Assembly (NCBI RefSeq): GCF_009914755.1
Contig: NC_060946.1
DNA: 64,000 nt
From: the human T2T-CHM13v2.0 reference genome, Homo sapiens
Strand: one strand, 5' to 3'
Shown: positions 1-36,290 of the stretch, piece by piece
How positions within the stretch are numbered: position 1 is the stretch's first letter
Layout of the letters: each line of letters begins with the position of its first letter
Position numbers and translations under genes: made by a program
Notes under the pieces: model-generated
What the model saw: the letters and a program-made list of their open reading frames with translations, nothing else
Told to the model about the DNA's origin: nothing
The model's database searches: none

Positions 1-1309
<1,309 letters not shown>

Positions 1310-2194
1310 TAAAGTATCCTGACATCAAACTTTTTTGTTCTCTGGCCCATTAATACCACCCCTGGGAATTTGTCCCAAAGAAACATTTTCAAAGAACAAA
1401 ATGAATCAGTAAACCCACTATATGTACAGAGATTCTCTGTAGCATTGTGAATAATACTGGAGAATATGGAGTCGCTTAAGTATCCAGCCTTTAAGGAAAG
1501 GCTAGGTTAGTGACGGGTCAGCCACTTGAATGGACAAAGGTGTGACCCATACATGGTATAATTAAGTAGATTCTGCAGTGACCCGAGACGGGTCCTGTGG
1601 GTGAGACGTGCAGAATACAAGATTGTACCCATCTACCTTGTGCATTCAGCTCTCAACAAAGTATGCATTTCTCTGCACAAAGCCCAAGGAGCATTAAGAA
1701 AAAGGATTATTGTTCAGAGTGATGTGGTTATGGAAAATCTTTTTTATGATTCCCCTGAAAGGTGGCACGCCTCCAGGCTGGCCAGTGTTACAGACGTGTG
1801 CTTTGCAGATTCTTTTTCCCCCAAGGGATGTGGTAAGAACATAAGGATGGCTTGACCTTCCCAGGGAAGTTGCAGAAGGAAATTGTGTACATATGGAGGG
1901 CACTTTAATTCTGCACATGTCAGCTGGGAATCTTTTATGGGGCGATAAAACAGTTTCTTGGTGATCATGTCGTGAGGAACAGCTGCAGGAGTGGAATCCC
2001 GTTGCCCTGGAGGTCAAGTCTTTAGGGGTGGGGGCTGGCAGAGGTTTGAGGGAAGTGGCTTTGGCTGGCTCCACACTACTCAGTCAGCCCAATAAGGGGA
2101 CTTATGGCACCCTCCCCATCCTGTCATCGGACAATTTGAGCAGAGGCTGGGTGCCCTCTCTCAGGGATGCTGGGATTGCAATGGAAGGAAGGTT

Positions 2195-3124
<930 letters not shown>

Positions 3125-3973
3125 GAAGGTTGAATTTTATGGCTTAGATTTGCAGATTCTGTGTATGGCTGAGCATGTTACTCACATTCACTGTGTCTAG
3201 TGACACTTGCATTGTCCACTTGAGTTGATAGCTAGACCTGGAAATGAGAACTTGCTACTGAGATAGGGCAGGATGAGGGGGCAGGGGCTCAGCCCAGGCT
3301 CTAACGTATCCAGTCAGAAAAGAGGAGGTGGTCAAGATCTGTGGTTTGCAAATACAGGCTCAGCTGCCTGGAAATCACCCGTGGAAGCTGCAAAGAACAC
3401 ATCTTCTTGGGCCCTTCCTCAGAGGTGGGAAGTCACTCCACCTGGGTGGGGCTCAGGAATGTGCTTCTTAAAATTTTGCATTCTGGGTTTGGGTGTTGTA
3501 GCTCACACCTGTACTCTCAGCACTTTGGGAGGCCAAGGTGGGAGGATTGCTTGAGCCCAGGAGTTTGAGACCAGCCTGGGCAACATAGTGAGACCCCACC
3601 ATCTCTATAAAAATAAAAAAATTTAAAAATTGCACTCTGAGCGGCCAGGATTAGGAACTATGACCCAGATAGGTTGTAGAGGGGACCCCTGTCTTGCTGT
3701 CCCCTCTCATAGTCTCTGCCCAAGCTGATTCCATGTTCCCCAAATTGGGTACTACAAAATCCTCCCTACCCCTACCAGCGATCAAGGGGTAGTCCCAGCC
3801 TCAGCATCAGACGTGTAAGTGATTCCCACTTTAGAAGGGAAAAGAGTTAAAGGGCCCAGAGTCCAGGCAGGTCTTGGCCATTGCTTCTGCCCTCCCCCAC
3901 CCTCTGGAAAGGAGAAGGACCTTTGTGCTGTCTTCCCGGGTCCCTCCTTAGAGGGAACTGTCAAACGTTTGTC

Positions 3974-4273
3974 GGCCGGGCGCGGTGACTGACGCTTGTA
4001 ATCCCAGCACTTTGGGAGGCCGAGGCGGGCGGATCACAAGGTCAGGAGATCGAGACCATCCTGGCTAACAGGGTGAAACCCCGTCTCTACTAAAAATCAA
4101 AAAACTTAGCCGGGCGTGGTGGTGGGCGCCTGTAGTCCCAGCTACTCGGGAGGCTGAGGCAGGAGAATGGCGTGAACCCGGGAGGCAGACCTTGCATTGA
4201 GCCCAGATGGCGCCACTGTACTCCAGCCCAGGCGACAGAGCGAGACTCCATCTCAAAAAAAAAAAAAAAAAAA
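3974..4273 (+). mobile_element. AluY-like element
   Basis: GAGATCGAGACCATCCTGGCTAAC and GAATGGCGTGAACC diagnostics; gtttgtc on both flanks. Confidence 0.92.
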
Positions 4274-4486
4274 GTTTGTCATGACTTGCTCTGAATGGTT
4301 GAATAGTTATTGTGGAAGTGGTTGCGCAGGTGTTGGGGTTACACAGGGAAGTGACACACAGTCGCTGCCTGCTCCTGCTCACAGCCTTGCCAGGGAAAAT
4401 GGAAAAGCACAGAGCACAACGGGCACCCAAATGCTCTCATCTGTTTCACCCAGCCCTGGAGCCTTAGTTTAAAACAGCTTTTGGTA

Positions 4487-5417
<931 letters not shown>

Positions 5418-6118
5418 TGCTTTTGGTAAAAGCAACCTGGAATTTGGGAGAAAAGATCAAACGCTTCATGGGACATGGGTTATTTAAATTACCTTGGATG
5501 TCACCTCTGGAAGGTATTTATCAACCCATCTTCTCAACTCCTACTGCTGTGGAAGCTGAGAGGCCAGAGGCCTTGCCTAGTCCATCTCAGGATGGCTGGT
5601 ATGTCTAAAATGACAGCCTGATCATGTCTCTTCCTTCAAAACCCTGGGGACTCCCAGCCACCTGCTGAGTAAAGTCATCTCACGGAGCATGTGAGACCTG
5701 TGATCGGTCCCCTCCCTGGGGACCTCCTCCCTGGACTGCCCCTCAGTCTCTCCTACTTGCTGCTGCCCGTGCCCCTCCCCGCAGTGAACCCTGACTCAGT
5801 GTCTAAGGCTGTGCTCTATTATCCACTCCTCTGGGAAGTCTCCCCCTTGTACCACTTCCCCGCATCCAGGAAGTGCTTCCGTGGAGCCATGCCTGGCTCA
5901 TAGTGCAGTACACCATGGCCGTGCTGTGTCTGGTGCCCCTACGTACCCTTGCCCTTGCCCAGGTGCCTCTAGCATCTGATGACAGCCTGGGGACTAGGCT
6001 CCTGCAAAGTCAGGTGCACAGACAACTCCCATGGGAGCCTCGAGCCTGACAGAGGTACAGTGGGCATCCCTGGAGCATTAGTTGATTCCTGGTGGGCAGG
6101 ATCAGGCTCCTATACTGA

Positions 6119-7540
<1,422 letters not shown>

Positions 7541-8454
7541 TGCCTCTGCTGAGGTTTAGCCCCGTTCTCCCTCCTCCCCTCTTTCCTTTCCTCCTTCCTT
7601 CCTTCCATCATTCCTCCTTCCCTCCCTCCCATCCTACCCCCTCCTCCTTTTCCTTCTGTCTTCCTTCCCTCTATCTCCTCTTCCCATCCCTAGTTGACTG
7701 TCCCCTTCTCCCTTAGAGTGGCCACCCCTTTTCTGCAGCATCCCTGCCCCTTTCCCTGTCTGTTTCCCAGCGCATTCATGCCTGGCACTCAGCTCACTTT
7801 TCTCTGTCTTCCATCTACCTCCCAAGGTCACTGGGGGCCTTTCGCAGCCCTCTCCATGCTCCCAGACGCCCTTAGGTGTCCTGTGTCCTCCAGCTCCATT
7901 TCACCAACCTGCCTGCCGGACTCTTCCCTCTTTATCTTCCCAAAGTACTCCATTGCTTGGAATCCTCCTGGGACTCCCTCAGGGCAGTGGCCAGTTTGCA
8001 TAGCCTGAGGGAAGAACTGTGGGTGCTTCGACACCCGCTAGCTTTGCAGCATCCCTGACCACTGCTCCTCACGGAATCTGTGCTCTGTGGTCTGTTTGTA
8101 CGTCCTCAGCAGTTCCTCCATTCACCTGCCTTGGCCTTGCTAGAATATTTCCTCTTCTGGAAATGCCCTTCTCCTTTCCCATAGCCTTCCATGAAAGTCC
8201 TGCCAAATTTCAGGCTTAAATATCCCTTCACAGGATGTCTGGGTGTTGTTCCAACACTGCCCAGGTCGATTCTATTGCAGACAGACTGGTGCTTGTTATT
8301 TATGGCCCCAACTGTCCCCATTAGACCGTGGCCCCGGGACCCCTGCTAGCCTCGTCTGCTGCCTCAGCTGTTAGCTGACAAGCGGCCATCTTCCCCAGAT
8401 GGGTTTGCAGAGGCCTGCTGTGCAGAGAGAGAGGCTGAAAATTTGCATACCTAG

Positions 8455-8883
<429 letters not shown>

Positions 8884-9412
8884 TGATCTGCATAGCATGG
8901 ATGATGATGACAATGCCAGTCAGACCTAGTTCAGCCCCCGAGCCCTGCACACACCTGCCTTGGGTCCTGTCCACCACTCTGCTTCTGCTGTGTGAGGCTG
9001 CATGTGTGCCCCGTGCCTCTCTCCTCCTCTAACTGGTCATCTCTAGACATCCTCACTCTGTAAGTCCTGGGTCAGATGCCATCTCTTCTGGCTCTTCCTG
9101 GGCTTCCAAAGCCTGGACAGAACTCGGTCTTTGTGCAAATGTAGACAGAAAGGTTAGAAGGATATGCATCCCAGGTGTCTAGACTGCTTATCCCATCTGG
9201 GAGGGTGGATCATGCATGCATTTATTGTTTTCTCTATTTTTAAGTCTGTTAGAATGTATTTTTATTATTTTATTTTATGATTACTGTTTTTTTAGATCTT
9301 GTTGCATACCAGTTTTTTTTTTACTTAGTGTCTGTATCCTGCTGAATTTTTATAATGAACATACTATTTATATTCAGACAAAATGCAGTGAATATCATCT
9401 TTATTTTACTTA

Positions 9413-21100
<11,688 letters not shown>

Positions 21101-21977
21101 ATGCTCTGGGCAGTGTATTCACTGGGTGTTTACCCCGTGCACCTGAGGTTCCTGCTGTTGCTGCCCCGCGGGCTGTTAGGATGCTGGTCTCCAGCGTGTC
21201 TTTAGGGCAGGGAGGAGATAGTGGGGCTGTGGTCTGTTAGGCCGACCTGCTTCTTGATGATGGAATCCTACTGTCTGCTCTGAGGGAATTTTTCTTGGCT
21301 TTTTCAGCTTATTCCTGCAAGGCGTCTTGTCAGTAAGGTCTGGGTGGAGCAGGGAGAGAATGTTGACTGAGAGGACCTTGCTGAGGTCTGGCTGGCCACA
21401 GATGGTCCCTGTGAGCTCCCATCTGGTACAATTCCTTTTCCAGGATCCGGGATCTGTAGGGACCTCCACGCTTGTGACCTTGTTGAGGCCCTGCTGCTGC
21501 TACTGCAGTCACAGGCCTGGAAATCGCTGTGGCTTGGCACAGTGTGTTTTGCTCACATGAGGCCTGGTATTGGGCCAGCCTCTGTGCCATCACATCTGCC
21601 ACCAGTTCAGCACAGAGGGGAGTAGAGAGATGGCACGCAAGCTTTGATGTGCCTTTGCTGGCCTCGCCTGGATCATCTCATTAGTTGGGATAATCTCATG
21701 CGCCCACCCAGCTATGACTGGAATGAGGGGAGTGTTTATGGCCATGACCACCCCCAGGGCATGGAGCAGGAGGTCTGTGCAGGATGAGGGCTGGGGGCCT
21801 GCTAGTCATGTGCTTCCTCCTTCCACTCCCAGTTTCCAGGAAGGCCACCCCCAGTGCCCTGGTTGTCCTCTCCTGCATCCGGAGATGTTTGGCTTCAAAG
21901 AAGAAGGGGTGAGGGAGGCCGGTCCATGCCCAAGCATGGTGCAATCTCTTGGCATCCCTTCCCTCTCCTGATTTCAG

Positions 21978-22144
21978 AGAAGTTGATGACGCCTGAGATG
22001 TTTTCAGAAATCCTCTGTGACGATCTGGATTTGAACCCGCTGACGTTTGTGCCAGCCATCGCCTCTGCCATCAGACAGCAGATCGAGTCCTACCCCACGG
22101 ACAGCATCCTGGAGGACCAGTCAGACCAGCGCGTCATCATCAAG
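21978..22144 (+). CDS. SMARCB1: SMARCB1 coding exon 6
   Basis: atttcag|AGAAGTTG ... ATCAAG|gtaggt; 167 nt; [55 protein letters not shown]. Confidence 0.97.
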
Positions 22145-22979
22145 GTAGGTGACTTCTCACCCAGCACTGGAGCCTTCCTGGCCCTCAGGGTGGGTGTCAT
22201 CATGGAGCACTGAGGGTACACCAAGGCCTCAGCAGAAGCCCGTCTTTGGGTTCCATATCATCTGGAAAGTCATAACACCTGGCTTTGCTCCCTGCAATCC
22301 CCCAGGAAGGGCATAGGCTGAGTTCTCTTAGTAAAGTGTTATATTCCGGACACATTCAGGGGGTGTCTCTGAGGCACTGCCAGGCTCTGAGCAAAGCCCG
22401 GAGGTCTAGAGGAGGTGAAGGCAGCTGATTGGCTGGGCCAGGCTGAGTGCTCCAGGGTGGCCTAGTAACCCAATAAGATGCTGCCTTAGTGGCCATATTA
22501 CAGGTGAAGAGGTGGGCACGTGGAGAGCTGAGATCACCTGCGGAAGTTGCAAACTGGCCAGTTGAGAAATGGTGAGGCTGGCGATTGGGCGCAGGCCTGC
22601 ACCCTGCAGAGCCTATAGCATAATCCTTGCTGTGCTGAGCCGCCACTGCCAGACTATGCCTTGAGGGTGAGGGGAGCTTTGAAAATAGGAAGATATGAGA
22701 AGTAGGTGAAATTGGCACATGTGATGACCCTAAAAAGGTCAGTGGTTTGGTTAGATCTGATGCTGTGCCTTTGGCTTCCATTTTAGGAAAACATTGATGT
22801 ATAAAAATAAGAGCCATGTTACAAAGGGTTCCTGAAAATAGTCTTTGGGGTCGAGGAGCCTCGGGAGGGATGCCTCCTGTGACTGAGGGATGCCTCTGCC
22901 CCGTGCACCAGATGGAGCCTGGGCCGACTTCTTCCCACTGTGGTTCTCCGTGGCACTTTACTAAGATTTTGGAAAATAA

Positions 22980-25880
<2,901 letters not shown>

Positions 25881-26619
25881 ACCTTTTTGAGAGGAATACA
25901 AATTTGTTTCAGTTTCACATTATGGCCAGCTAGGAGGAAAAGAAGGGACAATGGTAGGAGAGAAGTGGGGTGGGGATGGGAGTGGCAGCAAGCACCTGGC
26001 CTGTGTCCTGCATACGGTCTGCTGGCTCTGGAGGGCAGCCCTGAGGGCTCCACTCTGTGCTTCTCTTTGTCTTGTAAACATGTGGAGGATGAGGCTGTGT
26101 GGGCTAACCCACCCAGCCACGTGGTTCCAAATGACTGGGATTGGCCACACAAGGGGCCTCATGAAGCCTGACTGGTAGCTTCCCTTAACGTTTTTCTCAG
26201 AATTGAGCCCATTTTCATTGTTGTTGTCTTGACGGGGCCTGCAGAGGAGCCATACAGGAAGTTGCCCAGCAGCTGTAATCCTCCTGGGGCTGTTCCCTGC
26301 CCCACCAGAAGAGGCTTCCCCAGTGACCCTCTGACTTACCTGTGATTCCCACCTGGGGGATGGTGGCAGCTGGCAGGTTGAGAGACTGTCCCCAGCCAGG
26401 TGTCCTGCTCTGCCCTTTGGGTCAGACCAGATGTCACAGGGTGGACACAGCTGGCCCAGGGAAGCCTGTGTTATGTGGGACAGACTGCATTTTTCAGGCC
26501 AGAGGCCTCCTGGGCACCGTGACCCTGGGAACAGTGTCCTGTCTTGCCCATGAGGAATAGAAGGTCACACCCAGGGTTTCCCATCTATAATTGGGACTCA
26601 GAAGAGCTGGGTATTTCTT

Positions 26620-27205
<586 letters not shown>

Positions 27206-28155
27206 GAGCTGGGTGTTTCTGTAAGGACGTCCTTTGTCTTGATCCTGGAACATGACTGAAGGAAAACAAGAATCTTTGGAGCCATGGCACATGAGGACCA
27301 TCTCTCTCCTCAGAAAGAGTGCCTTAGGTTAGAGCAGCATCTTCCAGATATTCTTGGCAATGCTGGGACCAAAGCCCAGGCCTGGCTGCCCTTGCCAGGG
27401 CACCTGGCCCAAGTCGGCTTTGCCCAGTTCCAGCAGGGGTTGGGGGGCAGGGGAGGAAGCTGGGGACATGGTGCTGCTGCAGTTTGAGCCATCAGACCCT
27501 GTGGCACTGTCCAGGCCCCGTCCGGAGAGTGCATGGGGTGAGATGTGAGTCAGGGCTGGGGAGGTGGGCAGGGGCCTGGCCCTGCTGTGCACCTGCTTGG
27601 GAGTCCTGGCCCCGTCTTAGCTCTGTGAGTCCACCTGGAGTCCAGCACTCCTCACTACCCCACCAAGGCCACTGCCAGATGGCTCCCTTCCTCCCTCCCC
27701 GCCTTCCAGTAGAGGTCTCAGCATGGCAGCTCAGCCCATGTCTCTTGTCTGCCCAAAATACCGCAGAAGCTTCCCACATCCCTCTGTGGAAGCCAAGCCT
27801 GTCCAAAGGCCTCAGGGCCCTAACTGCTCTCTGCTACAGTCCCTCGCCACCCTCATCTCCTCCCTTTTCCCCTCACTGGGCAGATCCGGGTACCAGACCT
27901 TGGCTCCTCAGTCTTTTACATCTCTGTGTCCCCCACCTGGGACTGTTCTCCCCCAGGGAGCCACATTCCTGCTCCCTGGGCACATTCACTTCTTCCTAAA
28001 GGCCACCTTCCTAGAAGCCTTCCTGGCCTCCTGACTTCTGAGGCCAGCCTGGACTTTCTCCCCCTCCCTCCCTTTCCTCCCTGGCACTCCCGTGCTTTCT
28101 GGCACACCACATGCTCACTTAACCTACTTAGTGTCTGTCAGTGCCCCCACCAGCA

Positions 28156-28159
<4 letters not shown>

Positions 28160-28203
<44 letters not shown>
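28160..28203 (-). repeat. Poly(T)44 tail of an Alu fragment
   Basis: Uninterrupted T run followed by a partial Alu. Confidence 0.9.
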
Positions 28204-28208
<5 letters not shown>

Positions 28209-30227
28209 GAGTCTCGCTGTGTTGCCCAGGCTGGACTCAAACACCTGAGCTCCAGTGATCTTCCCACCTCAGCCTCCCAAGTAACTGAGACTACAGACAT
28301 GTACCACCTCACCTTTCTCAGAACAGCCTTTTGAATGTTTGTCTCTCTTGTGCCTCTCCTTGGTAGACACACAGTCTAGACTTTGGAATAAATGAATGTG
28401 TTAGTGACTGAATGGCAGGGGACAGGCAACTCCATCCATGAGCCCAGGGCAGGGAGGGCTTGCTGGGTGGGAGCCATGTGCCTATGGTCCTATGGGGTCC
28501 TGTTGGGTGGTTCCATGGGCTGTCTGCTGCTGCACGTTCTTTTTGGACCCAGCACCCACGTGGTTTGCTTGGCATTAGATTCCAGTTGGGAAGGGCCAGT
28601 GCCTCCGATTCCATTCATCATCAGGCGTGGGCGTATGTGGAGATAGCAAAGGACATGGGGGCCCGACTGCAGTCCCCATTGCCTGGCTGCATGCCGTGTA
28701 CAGGACACTGCAGCTCTGCCCTCGGCTTCCTCCCTCTGCGTGAGGATTCCTTCATTCCCAGAACAAATACACCCTGCCTGTGCTAGAATTCCTGGAGGCA
28801 AATGATTCAGATTGTTTCAGACAGTCCTAAGTGCTGTGAAGAAAATAGGAGAGGTGCCAGCATGGTGGCCCGCACGTATAGTCGCAGCTACTCAGGAGAC
28901 TCTCGGGGGAGGATCTTTTGAGGCCAGCCTGGGCCAACACAGAGAGGCAGCAGGGAAGCCTGCGGGGAACAGAAGGCTCAACCACAGGGTCTCTTCTCTG
29001 CCCAAAACACTTGATACATTGCCTGGGCCTTGTAGAAACCTTGTCTCTACAAAATATTAGCCAGACATGGTAGTGCATGTCCGTAGTTCCAGCTACTCAG
29101 GAGGCTGAGGCAGAAGGGTCTCTTGAGCCCAGGAGTTCAAGGCTGTAGTGAGTCATGATCATGCCATTGCACTCCAGCCTGAGTGACAGAGTGACATCCT
29201 GTCTCCAAAGGGGGAGAAAATGGAGAGAAGGGTGTGGAAAGGGGCTGATGGGAAGGGGAGCTCTCAGGAGCTGGCACTTTAGCTTAGACCAGGATGCTGA
29301 GAAGAGGCTGGTCCTGCCAGGTGAGGGGAAGAGCATTCTAGCAAGTGGGTGGTGATGTGCAGGGCTCAGAGGCACAGGGCTTTATGAACATGATCGGGGA
29401 TTGGGGTACCCTAATCTCTAAAAGGAGGCAGAAGTCCCCGGAAGGGCTGGACTCCGAGGCAGTGGTGAGTTTTCCCTGCAGCTGCCCACCCTGATCCTTG
29501 ACTTAAAAGCTAAGGGCCAACAATGAATGGGCAGGTGCACTGTGACCTGGTTGCCCTGTGGAGCACTGGATAGCAGTGAGGGATGACCCCAGCCCCACAC
29601 TCTAATGGGAGGAGTCTTGCAAGCATGATGCAGAGTGAATGAACCTGGACCCCGAAGTGTCCATCCTATTCAGAACAGCCACACCTACTCAAGGGGTGAG
29701 AAGTCAAAATGGTGCCTCCCCAGGGGGGCAGGTGTAGGTGGGAGCCCCTGGGGTACAGTCTGTGTTCTCTCAGCTGGGTGCTGGCTTCCCAGGTGTCCAC
29801 TAGTAGAAAACCCCTGACAGCACACCCGGGGCCTGGGCCCTCTGGCTGTGAGTCACGTGCTGCAGGGAGTCCTCTGGGGAATGTGGAGGAGCTGGCCCAG
29901 CACTGTGATCCCTGCAGGCTTCCCTGTCCCCTCACCGTGTTGACCCAGAGTGGGGTGCATCTGTGAACACGCTAGGCAGGGTTTTCCGAGAGGGGCAAGC
30001 TCTGTAAAGGGCATAGACATTGGCTCAAGACAGGGCTTAGGGATGCCTTAGCTGAGCCCTGCCTTTCTGGTGTAGTCACGTAAGACCGATGGCAGCAGGA
30101 GCGAAGGGCAGAAAGGAAGGTCCCCACCAGCACAGGGCACAGGGGAGATGGGATGAAGGTAAGGTGGGACTCAGGTGCCCCCGGGGTCACTTCAGGGCCT
30201 CCCGAGGGTGACTGTGCTGGGCCCTGA

Positions 30228-30620
<393 letters not shown>

Positions 30621-31514
30621 TAGGATCATGCATGAGTCTCTCCCTCCCTCATCTCCCTGCAAAACTGTTTTGAGAAAGACTTCTCTGTGTGAGCGGTGAT
30701 ACCTTTGAGGCTTTCTCACGCTTCGCAGCACAATCTGGCTGGGGTCTGTGTGTTTGCTCCGTCCTCCTCCTGCCCTATGTATCTCTCCAGGGCTCCGCTG
30801 TGCCAGGTAGGGTTAGAAGCACCTAACACAATAGCTGGCAAAGACTTGGAGTTCTGTCAGGGTGAACCTCAAGTCCTTGCCTCCACGGAGCCCTGGCCTG
30901 CCCCCACCATCCACCATTCAGTTGTCCTGCCCCACACCCTCTCTCTCTGCTCTTGCCCAGACTGTTATTTTGGTCAGGGTGACCCCTGCCCAGGGTTCTT
31001 CATCTGTTGAACTTGAATTATGTCTTAAACACAAAGGCCCGCCCAGCTTTTGAGAGTCAGGGGTCCCTAGCAGCTCCTTCTTACTCTAGTATCTCTGCCT
31101 TTGGTCAGTCAGAGAGCATTTGATGAGTACCATGCTGGGCTGGACCCCATCCTGGCTGCCCTGGAAGATAGAGACAGGTCACCTTGATCCCTGCCTGTAG
31201 CATTTGGGCTGGCTGAGATGGTGGAGGTGTGAACAGAATATTCCAGTCCAGTGTCCTCTGTGGTAGGGATGGGGATGGACCCGGGAGAGGCCCTCCTGTT
31301 CCTGGCAGGAGGTGGGACTCAGAGTTAAAAGTGAGGTCAAGGCCCAGTGCGATGGCTCACACCTGCAGTCCTAGCACTTCGCGGAGCTGAGGTGGATCAC
31401 CAGAACCCAGTAGTTCAAGACCAGCCTGGGAAAAACATGGTGAGACCCCACCTCTACAAAAAAAAAAAAATAGAAAAAATGAGCCGGGCATGTTGGTACA
31501 TGCCTGTAGTTTCA

Positions 31515-31706
<192 letters not shown>

Positions 31707-33643
31707 TCACCCTGTCCTCTGTGTTGGGATGGGGTGGGGGTGCAGCAAGCATCCCTACATCAAAACAGGATGTTCAGATTTAGTCTGCTCATCAGACTAT
31801 CATCATCCACATCTGCAGTCATCACTCAGGGATGACAGCTTAAAATGCTACATGAGGAGCAAATAGGAAGGTCTGTTTTGCAAAGCCATGACAATTAATG
31901 GAGCTCGTTAGGTTTGTGTCTAACTTGTTTTCCCAGACATCCCAAGAGACAGCTTTCTATGACTTCCCATAAATCTGAGCAAGGAAGAAGGAATGAGAGC
32001 CACCCACGGGGCTCAAGGGCCCGGGCCTGGGAAACAGCTGAGTCCCTGCCTGAGCGCCATGGTGCTGAGATCCTGTGACCTGCCCCCCAGCAGCCCTGCC
32101 AGTCACATGGTTCTGCTTCACAGACAGGGCAGCCCAGAGAGGAGGCTGGGGGGCTGGTGTCTGATGCCTCCCTGTTCCCTCGGGGTGTTGCCTGGGAGTG
32201 CAGCTGTAGCGTCCATTCACCCTGCACAGAGCCAAGCCCTATGGCCGGAGAGCCAGTCAAGGGTGGCCTCCCTCCACCAGAGTTGACTCTGAGGCCCCGG
32301 GAGGCAGTCATGTTGCGCGCATCAACACTGAGCACCTCCTCCCGCAGAGGCTGATCCAGTCAGAACCCTCGTCTTGGGCTCACAGGTGCAGGTGGTAGGC
32401 TGGCTGCCCCCAGCATCCAGCCCCTGCGGTGTTGACCTTCACCTAGTCCTGCAGCCGCTGCCAGTGCCCACAGTCCAGGGTCAGGAACTGAAGTCCCCGG
32501 GGCCTCTTGACAGGTCCTTGCAACATCCCTTCTTTCAGCCACCATGGCACCATCCCTCCTGCTCTGACCCGAAGGTGACCTGAGCCTAAATTCCTTTCCA
32601 AGTTCCGGGCCCTCTGCAGTTTGCAGAGTGGCTCCAGAGCAGACCCCCTGGGGAGTCCCTGGTGGTGGCAGGTCAGGATTTAGAGGCAGAGGCGGGCCCC
32701 TTCTTTATCTCATCGACCACTTAGTGCATTCCAGTTGCAGGGCCTGGGGGCATCACAGACCCCCTGCTCCCTGCTCTCTCTTATGCTGAGAATGCAGGTT
32801 TCAAATCTTTGGGGTTAAAGGCAAAGGCCATCCCGCTGGGACCAAGGTGAGCACACGTCCCTATCACAGCAGCCAGATGGAGAGGCGGCCTGCCTGGGGA
32901 ACTGGGAAGTGTCCTGAGTGGGCTTTTAGCATCAGGAGGGCTGCGTGTGTCTTCCCAGTCCCCACACTGGAAGACAGCTGCAAGGATAGGACAGGGCCTT
33001 AGGGTTGGGCTGTCATCCCTGACTCCAACTCGCGTTCCCCCCACTGTACCACCCCACCCCATGGGATCTTAGGAGGGACTTCGTTTAACTCTGTCCCCAG
33101 GGAGACCAGTGTCAGTCCTGCCTGGCCCTGCCTGGGGAAAGGAGGCTGGGCCACTGAGTCCCCAGGTCCAGGGGCCAGTCAGCCCACAGAGAGCTAGACC
33201 AGGAGTCCTGGCCTGGTCTCTGCCACACAGAAAGCTTGGCAACTGCTGTGTCACATGACTTTTTGTTTTGTTTTGAGATGGGGTCTCGCTCTGTCGCCCA
33301 GGCTGGAGTGCAGTGGCGTGATCTCGGCTCACTGCAAGCTCTGCCTCCTGGGTTCACGCCATTCTCCTGCCTCAGGCTCCTGAGTAGATGGGACTACAGG
33401 TGCCCGCCACCACGCCCAGCTAATTTTTGTGTTTTTAGTAGAGACGGGGTTTCACCGTATTAGCTAGGATGGTCTGGATCTCCTGACCTTGTGATCCACC
33501 CATCTCGGCCTCCCAAAGTGCTGGGATTACAGGCGTGAGCCACCGCGCTCGGCCACATGACTTCTTAAGAAGGGTTTTCAGGCTAGGCATGGTGGCTCAC
33601 GCCTGTAATCCCAGCACTTTGGGAGGCCGAGGTGGGCGGATCA

Positions 33644-34054
<411 letters not shown>

Positions 34055-34854
34055 CTATGCCCACACCTCAGGGGAACCAGGGCAGAGAACAGCCTGTTCC
34101 CTTTGGCAGTGGGACAGACAGGAGACAAGCATGAAGGGGAAACAGGGGCATGTGACAAACTGGTCAGAAGCCCTAGGCTCCTAGAGGACAGACTGGGACC
34201 AGAGTGACACAGGCGTCTCAGAGCCAGTGGAGTGGGATGAAGGGCCAGCGAAAGGAGGGAGACAGGGCTCAAGGGGAAGGAGGCTGGGCTAGGCAGAGCC
34301 TCTGAGGAGAGCTGATCCTGCGAAGTTACTGGCACCTCCCCTGGGCCAGCCCTGTGTTCCTGGCCAGGGACGGGAGGAGACAGTGCCCTGTCTGGCAGAG
34401 GAAACAGATTCATGTGCATGACTATCAGTGTGCCATGGCCACAGAAAGCACCGGAGGCTGTGGGCATGAGGAAGGGCAGTTGGGGGCATAGAACCTGGGG
34501 TGAGGATGGCCAGGGCAGGTGCTGATGGGGGACTGCAGCAGGAAGGACCGAGAGGAGACCAGGGACAGGCAGGTGCTTGAGAAGGAAGGTGGGCCCTGTG
34601 GATCAGGCAGGGTATCTGCCCCAGGGGGCTCTGCACACCAGCAGTCCTACACGTACAGGGTGGGGATGAAAAGAGACTAAGGGTCAGGGAGCTTGGTAGC
34701 TGGGCCTGCATGAGGGACAGAGAGGCAGTGTCCCTCTGATGGCACAGCATCAGGAATTAGGCTGGGGTATGTCAGGTACACGTTGGGCTGGTTGAGCGTA
34801 AGCCTCAGGTTCCTTCCGAAGCTCTGCCCGCCAGCCCTGGCCTGATGTCAGGTT

Positions 34855-36290
<1,436 letters not shown>

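Noticed and set aside
28964-28976. gggaacagaaggc matching the start of SMARCB1 exon 4
   Set aside because: Only 13 nt with no extension; consistent with chance.
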